A stretch of DNA of 64,000 nt from Nitrospirales bacterium (lineage in GTDB: Bacteria > Nitrospirota > Nitrospiria > Nitrospirales > UBA8639): the NCBI GenBank assembly GCA_965203295.1, contig CBDBCZ010000017.1, forward strand, positions 608,001-672,000. Reading direction: 5' to 3'. Below, in pieces: positions 24,486 through 37,300 of the stretch. The translations under genes and the position numbers were made by a program. Every line of letters begins with the position of its first letter. The stretch's first letter is position 1. Below the pieces are notes generated by a model. That model was not told where the DNA came from, ran no database searches, and worked only from the letters and a program-made list of their open reading frames with translations.

Positions 24486-27400
24486 TTAACAAGTAGATCT
24501 GTCCACATAGTCATAGTCAATAGTGCTATCAACGTAGTCTTCATCAACTGTCGAATAATGGTGGTCCTGAGTGTCCTCATCAACTGGCTGCAATGCTGTG
24601 TAGGCTTCATTCATTGAAGTGACTATAGCAACAGCATTATAAGCCACATTACTAGACAGCTGGATAGCTTCAGTGTTGGTCGTATTCCCTTCACTTCTCA
24701 CGATTGTGGCTTCAATGTAATCATCGGCCTGATCAGTGTGCTGTGTCCCAGTTAGGGTAGCCTGGTCACATCTCGGATTAGGCGACTCCAACTCCAATTG
24801 GGATTCCTGGTTGATATTGATTGCAGCCCTTTTTCGTCTTCCTACCATTATGGCTACCAGTGTTACAATGAGTGCTATCACGAGCACAGCTGCTGCTCCG
24901 GGACCACCAATAACTGGACCTAAATTTCTCTGTTGTTTGTCCCCTTCAGAGACCAATGCTGAAGGGAAGTATAGTCCATACAGTGAAACTTAAGACCATA
25001 TCTTACAAACAGAAAATAAAATTGATGATGGTGAGGTATGTAATCAATACACAAATCTCTCCATCTGTCACAACTATTAATATTTTTGTCTGTTATGGAT
25101 GTGAAGCACGATTGCGCGAGATACGTGAGATCGAGACATGACATCATCGAGTGGAGGCTATGAGTCTATTGTGATTTGCTGGATCTTGTAGGCTGCCACA
25201 ATCGATAACTGCATAAGTAATAGCAACACATAACTATACTGAAAGTTTGACAGTAGCGCAAGGACTATACCGCTGTCTAATGCCCACACAGCTAATAGTC
25301 CAATGCCAGCAGAGCATTGTTCCATTATGATCACAATATATATGCATGAAAGATGGTATATCATAGTGTGGATAAATCGTGTTATGTGTCGAAGGTCTAC
25401 AGTATTAATTCACTTTATAGCCAAAGATTGAGACATCTGACAGCAGCAACAGATGATATAGCTGGAATAGTACAGCTAACTAGTGGTAGCTATCCACAGT
25501 AATTACAGTCTTGTTTTTTGCTTGCTGTGGATGTTCGCACAGCAGCTCCCACAAGGAGATAGTTGGAACCACTGCATGAGTAGTTTGCGGTTGAACCAAA
25601 AGTGGTCTCAGTAACTGTTACCACGCCATTCTCTGGAGCTTTTAGGCTGCCACAATCAATAACTGCATACTTAATCGTGTATATGGAAAGAGTGACAGTA
25701 TTTCAGGGGCTTTGCACCCCTTCTACAACTTACCACATTCAGGAACACTGCCACTCCACATTCCATCTGCTTGGCAAGTACGCATGGCATCACCCAATAG
25801 AATGCTTCGATCACTACAGGTGCTCATGCACATCTTTAAAATTCTATCACACTTCAGTTTAAATTATGTTCAAAGATTTAGTTAAAAAATTGAGACTATA
25901 TGGTACAGCTCACACATTTCAGGTACATTTGCAATTACACTCAAAGGTATGACTAATGGCTTTAGCTAAATTACTGCTTAATAAGTAATTATGGTATTAA
26001 ACTTCTTACCAATTACAGCTGTTATTACTGGAGCATCACCAGCTAGTACGTAGAGTGGGTAAATCTTCACCATTTCCAACACAAAGAGGATTGGCTTCCA
26101 AATCACTCTGACTTGGATTTGAAAGACTGCGGTACCACACTTCAAGGTTTGCAAACTGTGCTCCTTCATCCAGTTCCACCCCTCCAGTGCCATCATCGTG
26201 GTCAGTGTAGAACCCCACAACATCCCCAGGCTCCACTACGACCTGATCATTCTCTGGTACATCAATTACAATGCATGAACGAACATTATGAACATTTGCA
26301 GCAATTCCATTATTCACGAAGTTTGAACCAACTAGAGAGTAACAACCATCAGTGTCCGTCGGTCTCCACACTTCAAAATAAATATCATACTGATCATCGT
26401 TCGAACGTGGATTCACACATGCTCCCCACTGTACTACACTGCCTCTACAGGTGAAGGTGTATTCTGGTATAATGGCTTGGATTGAATTAGGAAGTCTTGG
26501 GACCCCATCTCGATCACCAAAGAGAGGTGCTCTCAATAAACACTGTGAATTGTCTAAAGAAATATATTAGACAGAAAATTATTTTTAACACCCAGCAGAT
26601 CATATTCTACCCCATTCTCATTATATAATGGCGTACAAAACTCTGGTAGTGCTAAATTATGTTTTAGCAGTCAAATAGAATTGGCATTGGGTAATGCACT
26701 TATTGTTCATTAATCCTTACCAACCACGGCTGTTATTACAGGAGCACCACTAGTAGAAAGTGTGTTTAGATCTCCAGTGGCTCCAATGCAAAGAGAGCTG
26801 TCCTCTAAATCACTCTGAGTTGGATTTGGAAGTGTACGGTACCACGCATCAAAGTTTACATCAGTGTCCACTTCAATACCACCACTATCCCGATTATGAT
26901 CAGAGTAAAACCCCATAACATCTCCTGGCTCCACCATGATACGCTGATCCTCCGGCACATCATATACTATGCAGCCTCGAGGAACATCTGGATCTCCATC
27001 AGCAACAAAGTTGGAACCTACGATGGAGTAGCACCCATCAACTTCATTCGACCTCCACACTTGAAAGTAAATGTCATATCTTTCAGAGCCTCCCCGTGGC
27101 TGGACACATGCACCCCACTGAACCACTGGACCGCTGCAAGTGAAGGTGTATGTCGGCAGAATTGCTTGAATTTCGTCTGGTAGTTCAGTACTTGGGTCTC
27201 GGTCACCAAACAGAGGTAGGCCTTGAGGGCACTGGGAATTTGCTGCATGAGAAGTAAACAACTTCATTATAATTATACTAACAGTATTTTCCTATAGACC
27301 AGACAGGTAATATTCCCCCGTATTGCCTACCTGTTATTGCCTTTTGCGTGCACATGTAGTCTACAATAAAAATTTACAGTGAAGCTACAGTTTATTGAAG

Positions 27401-30400
27401 CAATGGAAGCTACCCAGCTACAAAAAGCTGGCGAAAGAAATGCTTCTGTCATAGAGGAGCCGTCTAAGTAAGCAAGAAGTGAAGGAGGCTAGGTCATAGT
27501 GTCACTCAGTGACCCCTCCCACTCGTCACATCAGCCAATAAAAGTTAATCTAGCCTAAAGTTGCAAGCCTTTTTCTCTTTTGTTCTTTGTAAGTGGGCTA
27601 GTTTACGCTTTGCTATAATATGTTGCTGCTGTGTATCCAATCGTCCTTTATGTTAGTAGGTGTGGCTTTGTTTGGCAGTGAGTTTGTCAACCAAGCAACA
27701 CTGCTTGGAGATAGTATATAATAAATCTATCATTACACTAGTGAGAGGGTATATAATATGGCTGGACATTGCACTCTTGTGCAGTATTTTCCCTCGCCTT
27801 CGGCTCGGGGAAAATACCTACACACTCGTGCAATACCTGGCCATATTACCCTCTCACTCGTGTAATAATATATATTTATAAACCTACTATAGTTGGTATA
27901 AGGAATAACACGTGTATTCACGCTAACGGTACATGTAGCTGGTTTGATAATTGCAATGAGTAAACCTCTTTACGGTATACACAGTAAAAAGGGAATTCCA
28001 TGGTTAACACTGCTAAAAATAAATGGTTATTTGGCAACGGTTTGGTTATTGGAGTTGCATCTACATGTATGTTGGACTCATTTTGTCCATTAATAGCTAC
28101 AATTAATCACTGTCCTGCCCTTTTGGTAAATCTATATAACTCTTGCTGTAGTTCCCGAAACAGACCATAAACCGCGTGACTATCTGCCTACTAGTGCATT
28201 ATAGCCACTAGGAAAAAATATCTATCACAATTGTACTTTCTGGCTATATAATCTGTGTAGTACAAATGCTGTCACAAGTCATGATTTTTGCTTAATTGTT
28301 GCTATATACAGGCCTTTGACATGTGGCATGATCTCTCCATACTATGATAGCCGTGTAAGGTACTTCAATCAGCAGAGCTTTGTTCTTCTGTCATGACGAT
28401 ATGACAGATGGCAACTCCAGTAACCAAACCATTGTTGAAACAACCTTTTATTTTTAGCAATTGCATGCATGGTTGCTGTTTGAGTTTCTATAATGAGTGA
28501 GCACAGCTGAGAGCCAATCTCAGGTTGGTGTGTGTATCTTGAGGGAGCTCACGAAGAATGAGGAAACACATTAGCAATGAGCTTAACTCATCGCAAATGC
28601 GTTCCCACATTCTTGCTCACGTAGTGCCTCAAGAATGTGGAGAATGCCTTAGTCACTCCTCTGCATTGGTAGTATATACATTATTAACCAAGAATGTGAA
28701 AATACACTAGTGATGCATTGCTAATGTATTTTGCACATTCTTAATAACTCCCTAAAGACAAACACACCAACTTGGCTCTAGCTTCGCTGTGTTCACTCAT
28801 CTGTAACTCAAATAACAACTGCCATGTTTAATATTTGCATATCCTTTAGCTATAAGTTCACATGCCTACAGTAACAGCTAATTAGTAAGGAACACTCTAG
28901 TTTTACACTACTCCGAAGGAGTTTCACGATTCTCGGGTGCTCAAAAGATTTACTTTTCAAAGAGAAATAAAAGGAGCCAATGTTTGGGTATGGCTGTGAT
29001 CTCTGCTCCAAGCAGAATCTTCACCGTCAGCTAATCTGGTTTCACCACAAATCTCAACAGCATATCACAAAAGCCATTACATATTGTTTAAGTGGATCTC
29101 CTGAGGTCTAGAGCTGCTTCTACAGGAGGGGGTTGGGTCTGGGGATATACCACTTCCACTTTGAAATCATTCTAGATCACCTCCCCCAAACAACTTTTTT
29201 TCTAGAACGAAACCCATCATCAGCTTGTATGCAGTATCCTCCATGTGCGAGCTCTACTTCGATGATAGGTTGGTGTGTACTGCTATTATTCATATTATAT
29301 ATCTGAAGGGGGAGGGTCTGCCTGCGAAAAAGTTGCAAGCCTTTTTCTCTTTTGTTCTTTGTAAGTGGGCTAGTTTACGCTTTGCTATATGTTGCTGCTG
29401 TGTATCCAATCGTCCTTTATGTTAGTAGGTGTGGCTTTGTTTGGCAGTGAGTTTGTCAACCAAGCAACACTGCTTGGAGATAGTATATAATAAATCTATC
29501 ATTACACTCGTGAGAGGGTAATATGGCTGGACATTGCACTCTTGTGCAGTATTTTCCCTCGCCTTCGGCTCGGGGGAAATACCTACACACTCGTGCAATA
29601 CCTGGCCATATTACCCTCTCACTCGTGTAATAATATATATTTATAAACCTACTATAGTTGGTAGCTATAAGGAATAACACGTGTATTCACGCTAATATAA
29701 CGATACATGTAGCCGGTTTGATAATTGCAATGAGTAAACCTCTTTACGGTATACACAGTAAAAAGGGAATTCCATGGTTAATTCACTGCTAATATAAAAA
29801 TAAATGGTTATTTGGCAACGGTTTGGTTATTGGAGTTGCATCTACAATGTATGTTGGACTCATTTTGTCCATTAATAGCTACAATTAATCACTGTCCTGC
29901 CCTTTTGGTAAATCTATATAACTCTTACTGTAGTTCCCGAAACAGACCATAAACCGCGTGACTATCTGCCTACTAGTGCATTATAGCCACTAGGAAAAAA
30001 TGTCTATCACAATTGTACTTTCTCGCTATATACAGGCCTTTGACATGTGACAGGATCTCTCCAAACTATGATAGCCGTGTAAGGTACTACAATCAGCAGA
30101 GCTTTGTTCTTTTGTCATGACGATATGACAGATGGCAACTCCAGTAACCAAACCATTGCTGAAACAACCTTTTATTTTTAGCAGTGCGCGCGCGCATGCA
30201 TGCATGCATGCATGGTTGCTGTTTGAGTTTATATAATGAGTGAGCACAGCTGAGAGCCAATTTCAAGTTGGTGTATTATCTTATCTTGAGGGAGTTCATG
30301 AAGAATGAGGAAACACATTAGCAATGAGCAGATTAACTCATCGCAAATGCGTTCCCTCATTCTTGCTCACGTAGTGCCTCAAGAATGTGGAAAACACATT

Positions 30401-31146
30401 AATCACTCCTCTGCATTGGTGGTATATACATTATTAACCAAGAATGTGAAATACACTAGTGATGCATTGCTAATATATTTTGCCCACTCATCTGTAACTC
30501 AAATAACAACTGGTATAATACCATGTTTAATATTTGCATAATCCTTTAGCTATAAGTTCACATGTCTACAGTAACAGCTAATTAGTAAGGAACACTCCAG
30601 TTTCACACTACTTCAAAGAGATTTCATGATTCTCGGGTGCTCAAAGATTTACTGTTCACAGAGAAATAAAAGGAGCTGATGTTCACGTATGGCTGTGAAC
30701 TCTGCTCCAAGCAGAATCTTCACCGTCAACTAATCTGGTTTCACCACAAATCTCAACAGCATATCACAAAAGCCACTACATATTGTTTAAGTGGATCTCC
30801 TGAGGTCTAGAGCTGAGTGGTGCACAACACACCACTTCCACTTTGAAATTCTAGATCTTCTCCCTCAAACAATTTTTTTTTTTAGATCAAACCCTGGCTG
30901 CCCATTATCAGCTTGTTCGCAGTATCCTCCATGTGCGAGCTCTATTTCCATGATAGGTTGGTGTGTACTGCTATTAATCATTATTATCTGAAGGGGAAGG
31001 GTCTGCCCGCGAAATAATACGCACAGCTTGTTACTAAGACTGAGCGGGCGAGTCAACTCACCTTTGGCCACCAGTAAAAGTAGCGCAGCTGCCAATACAG
31101 CGACCAGCATTTCAAACGCCTTTCTTCCCAGCAATAGGCAGGCCAT
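24486..31146 (-). pseudogene. Kinase-less receptor KL-2, partly degenerate: SP - A - B (frameshift) - three broken Sushi exons - intact TM + Tyr-rich tail
   Basis: SP 31146-31062 and A 27242-26721 intact; B exon 26553-26010 is 544 nt (4-nt insertion near 26041 giving PTLRTSW-stop); Sushi remnants at ~25733-25820 (no acceptor), ~25530-25662 (3' deleted), ~25178-25208; TM/tail exon 24958-24486 open. Confidence 0.8.
27558..31010. repeat. ~1.77 kb tandem duplication inside intron 1 of KL-2
   Basis: AAAGTTGCAAGCCTTTTTCTC starts units at 27558 and 29329; both contain the same GCCTTCGGC hairpin element (~27715-27880, ~29484-29640) and the conserved intron-1 block. Confidence 0.9.
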
Positions 31147-31188
31147 GACCTCGGGATTACCAGCGGAAGCGTACTAATAATTTTCCGT

Positions 31189-31216
31189 CGGGGCGCGCGC
31201 GCAAAGGGCCACGTGG
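31189..31216 (-). promoter_or_regulatory. Conserved promoter module of KL-2
   Basis: GGGGCGCGCGCGCAAAGGGCCACGTG, CACGTG at 31210-31215. Confidence 0.55.
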
Positions 31217-31625
31217 TATTGCAGCCGATGCACTATAGTCTCGTGCCCTGACCATCCACTTGAATCCTGCATCGATCCTACAGCTACCCACTAATCATAA
31301 TCTGCCTAGCAAAACATCATTCCATAGTAAGTAAATAGACTAGCTTTTAACATTGTTTTAATAGTGTACAGAGGTCAGCCAAGAATACATAGAATGCAGG
31401 AAATTCACTATATGCATACATAATAACTTAGACCATAGGCAGCTGTACATGTGTGCGGCACACTGTTGTTTGTATACATTGATACTAAAATGTGTTAGAG
31501 ACACTATACTGTCCCACCAACATCATTGATAGTGGTGCAGTAGCTAACACATTCGACTATAGGTTCTACAGTGTTGCTCTTCTGTAACTCAATGTCAATG
31601 TCTGTCTGTCTTATTGTCAACATAG

Positions 31626-33772
31626 CTAGTCATAGTAAACAGAAGGGTGCTTTATAGAGTCAAAACTATGCTCTCTTAGACTATCATCTGTTTTCACTGT
31701 TCCGTAAGCCTCATTTTGGAAAATGGGGATGGCAGCGGTGTTTGTGACATAGGATGCATTATGAGACACCTGGATGTTATCTTCATTTCTTATGCTAGTG
31801 GCATCACTAGCAAGTTCACGATCAGCATGAAATGACCGAGTGAGGGCTCTTCTTCGAGTAGATACCTCTGGTTGGGGTTCCTGGCTGATATGGGCTGTCA
31901 CAGCCATTCGTCGTCTTCTGACAAACAAAATTGTCCAAACGGCTATCAATGTGGCAAGAATCGCTACCACAAGCCACTCCTCCTCCAATGATTGGACCTA
32001 TCGCTAGTTCATCCTGTGTGGAGTTTACCACTAGAAGAGAAGATTCAATAGGCAGTGAGTACTCATTTTGAACTGACTTGTACATTACTATATACATTTA
32101 CAGCATCTGCCACATTTCAAGTATTTTATAGAGGTATAGGTTGTTCCATTTCAAGCACTTCTGACACAAATAGCACAGGTAAGATTACCAAGCTATTCAT
32201 ATGGAAGTATACTTGCAAAAATTAACAATACCATTTTACATAACCATCCATAGCTATACCTCTCCCCCTCAAATATCAGCAGACACAAGTCACAGGAATG
32301 AAACTTCTAAGCGATGAATAGATGGTAGTCCACACTGTAGCAAACTAGGATAAAACAGCACATGATCATATTATAGGAATGGAATTCAACCTAATAAGGA
32401 GGATAACATGTGACACATGTTGTCCTACCATATTTGGTTACAATATAATATCATGTGTTTTTTTATTCTAGTTTGCTAGAAATTGCAAGTCAAGTCTTTC
32501 CTACTACATGTACACAGTTACCCTATTTTGCTGGAGAATGCCTGCTTGATTAACATAACTACGTACTTATTCCATACTGTCAATTATATTCAAACTATGA
32601 GGTAATGATTTGCCTTGTACTGCAATATATAGTGTGCATAAGGCAATCCTGTACAATTATAAGCCCTTACCAACTGCTGTTATCACTGGTACATCCTCGG
32701 TGCGTTGCATGCTTAGATTTCGTCCTTCCCCAATACATAGAGGACTGCCTTCTAGATCACTCTGACTTGGATTCAAAATACGACGGTACCACACCTCGAG
32801 ATCAGGATGGCGTTTTTCATCCAACACCACTGCCCTACTATTACTGCCAATGTGGTCAACATAGAATCCCACAACGTCTCCCGGCTCCACCACTATCTGG
32901 TCATCCTGTGGTACATCAAGTACAACACAAGATTGAACTTTATGTGCCGATCTGGATTCCACATTGGAAATGTAATTTGAACCAACAAGTTAAGAGAGTA
33001 ACAGTCAGCATCTTGTGTTGTTGGTCTCCACACTTCAAAATCAACCCGTCACCATCTGCATTCACACATACTCCCCACTGGACAATACTGCCTTTGCAGG
33101 TGAAATTGTATCCCGGTATAATGGCCTGGATTCTATTAGGAAGTACTGACAGTCCACTCTTTTGGTCACCAAACAGAGGTATATTTGATAGACACCGTGA
33201 ACTATCTGTAAAAGTTAGACAACAGTTAGTGATGACAAGCAGTTCGAATCAGTCACATGCAACTACATGTTTTCGACATAATATCAACTCCTTTTAACAG
33301 GCTAATGCAATCACATGATGATATACAAAGCTAATGGAGTAGCTAGCGTCATGGAAGCAAAAACGTGTAGGCATTGTGGAAGGGTGTACGCGAGTCCTTA
33401 CCAATCACTGCTGTTATTACTGAAGCACCACTAGCAGTGTTTTGCGTATTAATGTCCCCAGTGGCTCCAATGCAAAGTGAGCTGCCCTCTAATTCACTCT
33501 GAGTTGGATTCGAAAGATTGACTCCATTAGTCCTAAAATTTGAACCAACTAGAGAGTAGCAACCATCTGTGTTCGTTGGTCTCCACACTTCAAAAATGAA
33601 TATCATATTGATCATCGTTCGTTCGTGAATCCACACATGCTCCCCACTGTACTACACTGCCTCTACAGGCGAAGGTGTATTCTGGTATAATGGCTTGGAT
33701 TGAATCAAAAAAATTTGGGAACCCATCTCGATCACCAAGAGGTGCTCTCAATAGACACCATGAATTAAGTGT
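31626..33772 (-). pseudogene. Kinase-less receptor pseudogene KL-3: hybrid B/A exon, divergent domain C exon, TM + Tyr tail; no signal-peptide exon seen
   Basis: Exon 33772-33402 (371 nt, out of frame), exon 33205-32671 (535 nt, two indels), TM/tail exon 32030-31626 with +1 frameshift at GPIIGGGV/LVVAIL; tail has NASY, NEAYGTV, SVYYD. Confidence 0.85.
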
Positions 33773-33814
33773 CTAAAAATAAGCCAATAGACAGAACATA
33801 CGTTAAACCCAGCA

Positions 33815-34070
33815 GATTATAGTTTAACCCCATTCTCAATATAACCACTATTTCATACATAAAAAATGTTAACTTCTCACATATAGAATATTATAGTTTA
33901 ACCCCATTCTCAATATAACCACTATTTCATACATAAAAAAATGTTAACTTCTCTTTTTGGCGGATTTTTTTCCTCACATATAGAATATTATAGTTTAACC
34001 CCATTCTCAATATAACCACTATTTCATACATAAAAAAATGTTAACTTCTCTTTTTGGCGGATTTTTTTCC
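33815..34070. repeat. Short tandem duplications (~70-90 bp units)
   Basis: TTATAGTTTAACCCCATTCTCAATATAACCACTATTTCATACATAAAAAA repeated three times. Confidence 0.8.
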
Positions 34071-34330
34071 TACATGACGACTATAGTCATCATTCAAGTA
34101 TAGAGGGTTAAAGTAGCTATATAGGCCTTTAATTAACGGTACATCATGAAATGGACCAAAATTTTAAAGATGCATGGATGAATCATAGAGTTTTATCCCA
34201 ACATCTTGCAAGCGCATCAGAAACATTTAAGCGCTAATATGGTTTCATAAGCAACAATGTACACATGACCATTGATACAAACATCTACGTATAGGAGGTG
34301 ACCATAACTTCCTCATTTACTGTATTAACA

Positions 34331-37300
34331 TCAAAACCTGTCCACATACTCATAGTCATTAGATTTGTCTATATAGTCATAAGTATGGTTGTGATCCTGC
34401 AAGCTCTCATCAAATGGCTGCAGTGTTCGGCAGGCTTCATTGGGGGAAGCAATAGTATTATAAGCCACATTACGTGACAGTGGGATAGTATTAGTATTGG
34501 TCAAATAGGCTGCGTTATTCATAAATGAAGATTCATAAGAGTTATCGGTCAGTTCAGTGCGCTGTATCCCAGTTAGGACAATTTCCCCATATCTTGGATT
34601 AGGCATATCTGGTTGGGGTATCAGGCTGACATTGACTGCAACCTTCTTTCGTCTTCTTACAAAGACAGCCGCCATTACAGTAAAAACTATCGCTACTGAT
34701 ACTCCTATCAAAACGCCGCCAATGATTCCACCTGGCGATAGTGCATGTGATTGCTCTTGAGATGACAGCAGGTCTATAGGGTTGGGATGAAATGACAGAG
34801 ATTGCTTAATGTGTCCAATATGGTAGGTAGGCATAAGCACAGGAAGAAAGATGACCAGTTTTAACTACAGCTTTATTGTGGTATTCTGCATAAATGAATG
34901 CAACAAGTCTATATAGCATCAAAACAACAAACCTCGCAGCTAGGAGAGAATATGTGGGGCTAGAGTAAATTAATCAAACCTTGGTACATAGTGCTCAGTC
35001 ACAAAAACATAATATACTGTCTATTGGCTCACCACATGTAGGGGCACTGCCACTCCACGTTCCATTTGCTTGGCATATGCGCACAGCATCTCCCACAAGT
35101 TGATGGTCGGAATTGTTGCATGAGTAGGTGACCGTTGAGCCAAATAAAGTTGTATTCAGGAATATGGTACCGTTCACTGGACTAGTTAGGTTACCACAAT
35201 TCACAACTGCATGGATATATATAGAGATAGAATTGTACAACCATTCAAATTAAGGAGGAAACTTTCCCCCAAGTTTTCAGCACTGTGATAAGGTCTATAC
35301 TACCTTTCCCCCAAAATGTCATATTAAAGTGTGTTTAGCTTCCCAAGCAAACATCTCTGGATTAGACACTGTCTTTTCATGTGTGGATAAGGTCACAGCG
35401 ATCGCGCACTAGTAATGTCAAAGTTCATACATGCATGGAGTATCTGATTCTATTCAACTACACTTAAGCTTCCTGCTTTGCCAGCAAAATAACCTTGTAC
35501 AATAGCCTATCATTCATCATAATCAACCCTGGAATTTTTTGAAGTGTATAATGTCATGTACTTATCAACCACCACTTCCAGCATGCAAATCTATCTAGAC
35601 AACAGAAATATAAAACATTATTGTAATGGTTGAGAAAATCATTACAAATCTGCCGTGCTATGCACTTAATTTTAGTGGCTCATAAAGAGAACGTATTGCA
35701 ATACAAGAGTCACATGAACTAGGACTAGATTGAGAATATGTCTTCTACATGCATGTAGATAGGTTAAAATACGTGACTAAAATAATTCTCAGCATTTAAA
35801 TATTTGATCGAGCTATACTTAACCAGATCTTAGATAGCAAGCATTGGATAATGGCTTACGTTCACAAGATGGCTCCACTCCAGACCATACTGAACCCGAC
35901 TGGCAAGTACGCGTCTCACTCCCAAATAGTTCAAAGCTAATGTTGCAGGTATAATTTGCCACCGATCCAACAAATCTTTCAATAAACATAACTTCGCCAT
36001 TCATTGGGCTCGTAAGCATATCACATACTTCATCTGGTAAAAAAGAGTACAATGTCATCTAGTTGTGAATACAAGCTAGCCTAATTCTCAGGCATTTAAA
36101 ATTAGTCCTGAGAATGAACACTACGTGTGCATGCTGCTTGTCAGTTTAATTATCATTGTGTATACATAATAATGTATGTATCATTTCAGAATCTACAAAA
36201 AAGTGCATGTAACAAACTACCTATGTATATTTACTGAAACAGTATAGAATAGTGCAAAAACTCACTGCATTGAGGGGCACTCTCACTCCACACTCCATCT
36301 GCTTGACATGTTCGCACAGCAACTCCCACAAGGCGATAGTTGGAACCACTGCATGAGTAGCTTGCAGTTGAGCCTATAGTGGTCTCAGTCACTGCTACCT
36401 CGCCATTTTCTAGATCTTGTAGGCTGCCACAATCAATAACTGCATGAGTAATATATACCAACACACAATTATACTGAAAGAGTGACAGTAGCTCAGTGGC
36501 TATACCTCTGTCTAATGCCCACACAGCTAATAGTTCGATGCCAGCAGAACATTGTTCCATTATGATCACAGTATAATATATTCATGAAAGACGATAATTA
36601 TATCATAGTGTGGATAGATCATGTTACATGTTGAAGATCTGCAGTATAAATTTACTTTAAAGCCAAAGATCAAGACGTATGACAGCATACACAGATGATA
36701 TAGCCAAAACAGTACAGCTAACTAGTGTTTAACTTAGCTATCCACAGTGTTAGTCTTGCTTGCTGCTTGTTATATCTGCCCACTACTGCATAATATATTA
36801 TTGTCAAATGTACTGTCTTTTGGTCAAAACTGTATCTTCTGGCTATGTCATCAGTGTAGTACAGAATTCTGTCACCGGTCATGATATTTTGTTTATGCTG
36901 CAGACCTCTGACATACCGGTAGGACATGCACGCGCGCCACTGCAAAAAAATTAGGGTTGCTTCAACTAAGCTTGGTTAGCTACCTCAGTTGCAATTCATG
37001 GGTAATGCACCTCATTTTCCAGCTTGACCATATAAAGGCACAGCCAGAAAAACATGTTTACAATATCATCATCATCATCAATACTTTAACGTTAGTTCTG
37101 TGTGTGCGTGTGTGCGTAACGGATGTGACGTCAACTAATGAACAAAGTAGCAAAGACAGCTTGTTATTCCTGTAACTACATGAGTGAACCACCAGCTTGT
37201 TCCCTTCACTCACCACATTGCAGGAATAGCTAGTGGTTTTTGCTACATGGGAAACTACATGTTAGTGATTATGTTTTGTGGCCATACAGGTGACCTTTCT

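Noticed and set aside
32605..33297. 230-aa plus-strand ORF
   Set aside because: Antisense shadow of the frameshifted domain-C exon; no recognisable motifs
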